Positions 33,801 through 40,056 of a stretch of 40,056 nt of DNA are shown one piece after another (position 1 is the first letter of the stretch; the number at the start of each line of letters is the position of its first letter). The notes below the pieces were generated by a model. It saw only the letters and a program-made list of their open reading frames with translations, did not search any database and had not been told where the DNA came from. The stretch is from Phoronis australis (Eukaryota > Animalia > Phoronida). Made by a program: the position numbers and the translations under genes. The DNA lies in assembly GCA_002633005.1 (NCBI GenBank), contig NMRA01000428.1:183940-223995 (forward strand), written 5' to 3'.

Positions 33801-36800
33801 TATTCTTCCTTACTTGGCTTTGGAACAATTTAAAGCCAAGGGAATGTGAAAACTTTGTTTTGGGTAATGGCTCCTTGACAGGTTCATACGTAACAGTTGG
33901 TGACGAAACAAAACGAGTCTTCACAAAGACTGATATCTTTTGTTGTCCAATACTTCCAGCTTCCAGAAGTAATTCTTCAATTTACTTTGTTGCACCGTCT
34001 TTGGTCATGATGTTTTGCAGGGCACCTGAATGGTCTTCAAATGGATTTGCACGTTGAAACACAGTTAACAACAATTGTTCATCGTCTTTGTCCTTTCTAA
34101 CTCTACTACTGCTTCATTGTGTTGGTAACATCCACTACTTGACTTGCATCCAAACAGTCGCCGTGTTTCTAATGAAATTTAACTGCGCAAGTTGTAGGAC
34201 AGCGCCCATCGACTTGGTGCTGATGACGTTTTCGTGATCCGACCTATTCCTCCAGAAGACTTTCCCGTAGCATTCAACCACTCCTGTCTATGATCAGGAT
34301 GCAGATGGTTGAAGAAACCATGTTTGTCTTCAACCACGACATTTTCGTTCGGAATTTCCGAGTACACATTTTCTTGCAACATATGCACTTCAGCAAGATA
34401 TATGGCGCCGGATCTGGCACAATTGTTGTGGTGGTAACGCAAGAAGAATGTGAGCATCTGCGCACAGGCTTCAAGATGCAGGTGCCCCATACCTTCTCAC
34501 TGGGCTCTGATATGGTGCAAAAACACTCCAAACATCTGCATGTAATGCACTCAGAACGTCCCAGTAGGGTTCCCTTGACGTATCTTCGTGACGAACATTT
34601 CGAAAGTGTTCTTGAACCTTTGTAATTCCAAAACAACGATCAATTCTTCAATCTCAAAAGCTATGTAATTTTCTACAACTTTCTTCATCTCACTGTCAAA
34701 ATCATTGAGGAACTGCAAGAATTTTGCAACCACCATCTGCCACAAAGCTTGGACGGTGATTTTGTGAACGCCAATAGCTCGTGAATACTGTTTACCTTCG
34801 ATAACCTTATCAGCAACATTCGGTCCAAGAACCCACCCTTCAGACCAGACGTCATTCAACCCTGAGTCAGCAATTTGTTTTCACAAAAATTTCAAAAATC
34901 TCAATAGAAATGGAATCAAGCCATCTGCAAAGTCTGGAGTTGACCATTTGAGATTTCTGAGGCTCGGTTAGAGGGCTTCGTCTGCATTCAAACTAAAATA
35001 CTTTTGATGGACGGAGCGTGCTGTGTGAATCATTCTTAGGACAAGAGTGTTTAATGTGTCTTTGTCATGCGCTGGCGCGTGCATGATTGGAAGGTATACA
35101 ACAGATGTGCTAGGAGGATTGTTGTCCGCATGTTCTTTATTAAAGGCAATCTACGTAGGCTTGAGATGCTCTGTATGCCCTGACAGATGGAATGCCATAT
35201 CATTTGCTTGAGCCCGATGTAATGGCAATACTCAGTGTCTTTTGCAAAACATTCTTCTTTAACTTCATCCCTGAACTTGAGGATGATTTCCTCTTGTTTT
35301 ACTGGAAGAATTTTACCCACGACATTTAAAACGTTAAGCTTTTCCATCTTTTATGGCGCCATTGTGGATAGAACCCTTAATGGGGTAGTCCTCATTGTCA
35401 AGCGGTATATTGAGTGGCATGAAAGGTGTTCTTTTCGTCAATACTTGCCTCATTCATGTCGAAATTGTCTGTAGGAAATGTATAAAGCGACAATCTACCA
35501 GATTAGGCGGAATAACTGCGTCATCCTCATTCATGCTTTCAAGAGTCTTCTCATCAAGAGCGGTGTCTAGCTTCAGATGATCTTTATAAGCCATAACATG
35601 ATCTGCAATATGGAAAAGGTACAAAATGTTTTGGAGCGTGTTGACTGGTGAAAACAACTTCCCAGTCCCACATGTTTCCCACTAACGACCCACAGGTAGG
35701 CCAAGCCTTGGACCATGTTTAAGATTCGAGTATGCCTTTGCTCTTCTTTGCTGCTGTAGCTGTCACCATCTTGATTGCTAAGAACATCTTAGCCAGCTAT
35801 CACTAGGTTCAGGAACATATAGAGGATGTCTGGTACACACTTCATAGAATTTTCTAAAATATCAGCCCTCAGTGTTAGTGCTACAGGGACGATATCAAGC
35901 AAATCATGCCTGTGTTCTGAGATGTCTAATTTGCTTTTTGCGTTTTCATCTGCAAAGTGCTGTCACAAAATTGAAACTGGCATATGGGCATATGTACAAG
36001 GAAAACTGTTGTCAGTAATAATGATGATGTCTTAAGTACCAGCTATTTGCCGAGACAGCTTGTCTTAAACTTTGCCTGCAGGGTAATGAATGGGGATGGA
36101 ACAATAACTAGACAGCTTTCACTGATGCCGCAGTATCACTTCCACTTTGCCTATAACTCTAAGACATTTCCTTTGTAGGCACAAAGTTTATTATAAGCTC
36201 ATCAATAAGCCAATTCATTGGTAATTCAGCATCGAGTGCTTGGGTCTTTTCGCTGTTTCTTTTAGTTCTTCGTTTGAACTGTTGGTGGCAGGAAGAATGA
36301 TACTTAGCTTCAATTACAACCAAGTTTCTAAGAGCTGGCTGCGAGCTTAAATATCGATCATATTCGACATTCTCAAGATTATATGATCTTACTTTCAGTA
36401 TTTGAACGTAAACCAGTTTGGCATTTCCATATGCTTGGCAAAATTTGCACAGCGAAAAGGTGGTGCTGTATATTTTTTTCGGTTGATAAGTGTGAGGGCT
36501 TGTCTAAAATGATAGTTATTGCTAGTTGAAGTTTTTTCAAGACTTGATAGTTTTCCTTGCTCGTAAAGGTGGAATAGCAACTATTGTGCAAAGCATCGGC
36601 GATGTCGCTTCAAAAGATTCATAAATAGTGGTCAGAATTCTTATAATGGCATCTTCAGTTTTTGCCCGTGTAGTGTTGACGGTCTTGAGAAGACAGTTTT
36701 GATGTGTTAAAGCCATGTTCAGTGTTTGCTTGCATCATGTTCTTGGCATATTACGCATGCGTCCATCGAGAAATTTCCTTCCCTCTTTAGGCGCTGTTTA

Positions 36801-38387
36801 ACATCCATTATTTTGTACATCAAAAAAAAACAATTCAAATTCTTATTTTTTTGAGACAGTTCACATTTGCTGGTACGGGGATTTCCGAGAAAATTTTGTT
36901 TGAAAATGACTTAGTTTAGGAAAGATATTTTTAGAGACTGTCCAAGTTCTTACTCTGACAATCCTTAACGCCAATAGATTATTACTACCAACATAGGGTG
37001 ATCGAAGAAGGTGCCCCTCCTCCCACTAAAACACGACCAAAAGCAACCAAAATGTCGATTTTGGGCGTTACGCATCTACATTCATTCCAAAAATGTGGTT
37101 TGCCACCTTCTTGATTCCAAAATTTGTAAACGTTGTGTATATTTTGTTTCAGGAGTGACAGTTTTATCGTCATTCTGGGAAAACTTCAGAAAAATTCGAA
37201 AAACAGACTTTCAGAAATGTCCGGTATGGTCTACGGTGTATTTGTGTTTATATGCGTCTATATTCTACTTGTTGCGTACGAGAAATACACCTGCGCTTAA
37301 GTTTGCAGGCGCAATTTTCAATTTCCAGGCGTCTATATGAGTTATAAGCCTGCTGCTCACTGATTCCTATTTCCTTGTTCGCCAATTACGCCTGCGCCAA
37401 AGTTTCTATGCATATATTTGAGTTATCTAGTTTTTTTTTTCATTCAAACCATGGATGTCCACCACTACTTGTGCAACAAGTAACTTTAAAACAGCCTCAC
37501 TGCTATGAGTCCTACTGTGAAATGATACTTTAAACTTTTCACTTTTAGAAACTACATGTATGTATTAAAGCCAAATAAAAAGTGGAGGAGCCCAAAAAAT
37601 AAATTAAAGTGAAGATTAAAGTTGCACAATTTGTTGCATTGCATACTTATACCATTATTTCATCACGTTTCATTAAATATATTATAAACAGCGGTTTAAA
37701 ATTTTGTCATTCCTTTCTGGGCATTACAATTTCACAATGGATTGTAGCAGCCATCGTGGATTCATTAATAATGTAAGTAAAATCTTGCCACAACACAGCC
37801 AATCTAGTCTGAAATTATGTGTAAGGATGCCCTGGCACATTTGAGCTCACGGTATTTCCAGTGGAATAATGTGACATTGACCTTTACTTGAGAGCGTGAC
37901 TTTGACCACCAGTTGAAAACTAGTATCCGAATCGATTTTATCATACCTGTAAACCTATAGTTTGATTTATCATACACATTTACCTCATATTTATTGGGAA
38001 TTGGCCAATATCAATGTGGCCGATGGCGGTCATCTTGAATTTAAGGATTTTGTCGGCAAAATTCAGGCCGACATGCATTTTTTTTAATTCAGCACCTCAA
38101 AACTAAAATCAATCATCAGATCTAGATTACCAACAAATGCCCTCGACAGTCATTTTTGCCAAATTGGAACCTGACTAGTTTGGATATGCATGCATGTGAC
38201 AACACCTACTGTACCTATAATCGTTTAAAGGGATTTTCCTGTCGTATACTTACGATTGAGCAAAACTGTTACAGAGGTAACACTGAGGAAGCGTAACACA
38301 CCGAGCACCTCGACAGATGGCGCAATAGGAATTATTGCATAAAAAAGAGCGCCAAAAATGCAGCCAACAGCAATCACCAAGTTGCTT
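29682..38387 (-). CDS. MFS transporter paralogue B (MFSD4-like), 5'-partial; last two exons in window
   Basis: join(38254..38387, 29682..30871) is in frame (C|TG Leu junction) with intact splice sites. Clearly paralogous to copy A along its whole length. Confidence 0.85.
32941..33012 (+). mobile_element. tRNA-like SINE head or pseudo-tRNA inside a copy-B-specific insertion
   Basis: A-box TGGTGTAGTGG (32948), degenerate B-box GAATCGAAAAC, and partial acceptor stem GCTGAG/CTCGGT. Confidence 0.4.
33364..38177 (-). mobile_element. Decayed, internally deleted Academ-type DNA transposon (4814 bp) in the last intron of copy B
   Basis: Termini TAGTCAGGTTCCAATTT ... AAATTGGAACCTGACTA. Imperfect TIRs ~33364-33707 and ~37841-38177. 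3-bp TSD GTT, supported by the empty site TCTGTTTGGATA in copy A (~2380). Confidence 0.88.
33740..36808 (-). pseudogene. Academ-like transposase pseudogene with many stops and frameshifts
   Basis: Ordered motifs: CVICQ; HNSCYSTFT; EAKYHSSC; DNFDMNEASIDEKNTFHATQ; ADEAL*PSLRNLKWSTP; SGLNDVWSEGWVLGPNVADKVIEGKQYSRAIGVHKITVQALW; YHHNNCARSGAIYLAE; QEWLNATGKSSGGIGRITKTSSAPSRWALSYNLRS. Confidence 0.8.
38254..38387 (-). CDS. Paralogue B penultimate exon (SNLVIAVGCIFGALFYAIIPIAPSVEVLGVLRFLSVTSVTVLLN)
   Basis: 134 nt, atttcag acceptor, gtaagt donor; homologous to 2454-2587. Confidence 0.9.
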
Positions 38388-38920
38388 CTGAAATCACATA
38401 AAACATTTGAAGTTTCAGTGTGGACATATGTGAGTGAGTGTGAGTGTTTCTGTGCGTGTGTGTCTGTGTGTGTGATTTTTTGCTTTCGTATGTGGGTGCG
38501 TAACAGCATTTTCATATAAAATTTGCTTACCAAAGGGCAAATGGTGTAATAAACACCTGCAGCAATGACGTTGGCGAGTGCATGTGCGCACGTGCGTGTA
38601 TGTATGTATGCGTTCGTGTGCGGCTGTTTAATAGCATTCAAAATTTGTTAAATACACTGCACAAGGTGTAATAAACACCTGCAACAATGAAGTTGGTCAG
38701 TTTCCGTGACCTAATCTTTGTACTCAAAACTCGACTAAAATTGACAAATTTATGGAATTCTACAAGCGTCACTGCTTCCAATATGGCCGCCTGCCGGACA
38801 CTAACGGAGTAACTCCAAGCATGTCAAATCTGAGAGTCATTTAATTCAAACATTTTATCTGCAACAGAAACACGTTCACTAGATACATTTGTTGGTCGTA
38901 GCGTTACTGAACACACGCCA

Positions 38921-39545
38921 AATAGGCCTTTTGCGAGTTTATAACAATAACGCGAGATAATGTGAGACTTAACTGTGACGTCACGGGAAGTGGGGCAAAA
39001 GCTTGTCGTTTGGTCATTTGCCCAATACGGTAGCAGAGTGTATTCTGTTATTGTCTTCGAGTTTTTAGCCGTTTAGTTCGAAAAATGTCCAAAAGCATTG
39101 CTGTTATGGCAAATGAACTTCAGATTCGCACTACAATACGTTCTATCGCGTTCTGTACTAATTTCGTCCCGTGTATTTTAAACGGGCGGTAGGCGAAATC
39201 CGCTCACTGGTAAAGTTTTCACCTCGTCGAAAATACATTCTACACCTAAAATTAGCACCTAAAAGGCTCTTACTTTCTGCTTCTACGCATATCTTCGATG
39301 AAGCATATATACGGGAATTCAGGTGACTTAGGCGAAGAATTCCAACTCCACTTTGTGGTTACTGTTAACTTTGTCCGCGCGCGCGATTACCACAATCAAG
39401 TATTTCAACTGAGTCAGGTGAGTATGAGGCAAAGGCTAGCGCGAGACGCAGAATGGTGAATGTTGGCCAATTCCCCTTTTGTCCACTGACGTCACAAGCA
39501 TACTGGCGCCCCCAGTGGAGGCCCTGAGAACTCGTAAAAAAGCAT
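38921..39545. mobile_element. ~620-bp putative non-autonomous element with subterminal GTGACGTCAC palindromes
   Basis: Imperfect inverted ends GGCCTTTTGCGAGTT ... AACTCGTAAAAAAGC, with TGACGTCAC about 50-55 bp inside each end. Not found in copy A. Confidence 0.5.
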
Positions 39546-40055
39546 GCTGGCGACTGTGGTTAAAGTATTTTTTATGATTTTTCCAGAGTCGCTATATTTT
39601 AGTGTGTTTTTTTTAAATAATGTTGCATGTCATACCTCTCAGAAAATTAATATTGTTCCAATAAATTAAGAAAATTGGAATATTCATTCTCGCGATCCTG
39701 CAACACCATCCAAATGTTCTTCTGTGTTACACACGGCAAAGCCAAAGTTTTTTCCCCACGCGAAATAGCCTCGTTTACCCTCGACTAAAAAGGAATCTTT
39801 CAATCATAATTAATTGATACTATGTACCATTCATTATTATATTCCATGCATTATGTTTTTAGAAAAAAACGACACTCAACGTCCCACAATAAATACAAGT
39901 CTGTTCGCCAGCTTGGCTCGGCCGTTGCTAGGCTGGATACTACCGGGTTCATGAACTCGGTTTATTTACGAGTTCTCAGGGCCTCCACTGGGGGCGCCAG
40001 TATGCTTGTGACGTCAGTGGACAAAAGGGGAATTGGCCAACATTCACCATTCTGC
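39448..40055. repeat. Perfect 91-bp inverted repeat (39448-39538 and 39965-40055), 426-bp spacer
   Basis: Base-by-base reverse-complement identity; runs to within 1 nt of the window end. Confidence 0.95.
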
Positions 40056-40056
40056 C

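Noticed and set aside
33364-38177. Tc1/mariner interpretation with a TA target duplication
   Set aside because: The empty site in copy A has no TA and fits a GTT duplication; the protein motifs are not DD34E/D-type.
38388-38641. N-terminal part of the 138-aa ORF
   Set aside because: Intronic (CA)-rich low-complexity sequence upstream of the true acceptor.
39505-39518. CTCF site GGCGCCCCCAGTGG
   Set aside because: One base short of the canonical spacing (GCGCCCCCTAGTGG); not called.

Overview
AT-rich eukaryotic (animal, most likely marine-invertebrate) genomic DNA with GT-AG introns; not prokaryotic, and no CRISPR or rRNA. The window holds two tandem minus-strand paralogues of a divergent MFSD4/NaGLT1-like major facilitator superfamily transporter. 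Copy A can be rebuilt completely from splice sites and matching intron phases: CDS complement(join(608..1791,2454..2587,5409..5566,8782..8937)), 543 aa. Copy B contributes only its last two exons (38254..38387 and 29682..30871); its 5' exons lie beyond the window. Each paralogue acts as an empty-site control for the other. This reveals a 4.8-kb decayed Academ-type DNA transposon (TAG...CTA ends, ~350-bp TIRs, GTT target duplication) in copy B, and a MITE in copy A. Three unrelated hAT-like elements (CAG/CAT-type ends) each carry a 5-bp rather than 8-bp target-site duplication. The intergenic region contains a truncated RTE LINE with a compound microsatellite at its tail, a 36-bp minisatellite, a P2X7-ballast-like (Kolobok KolX-type) relic, a hAT TTF-zinc-finger relic and tRNA-like SINE heads. 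I found no convincing wholly new system. The best leads are the 5-bp-TSD transposon group, the overlapping uORFs on copy A, and charge swaps in predicted cavity helices between the paralogues. All family assignments come from motif recognition, not from database searches.
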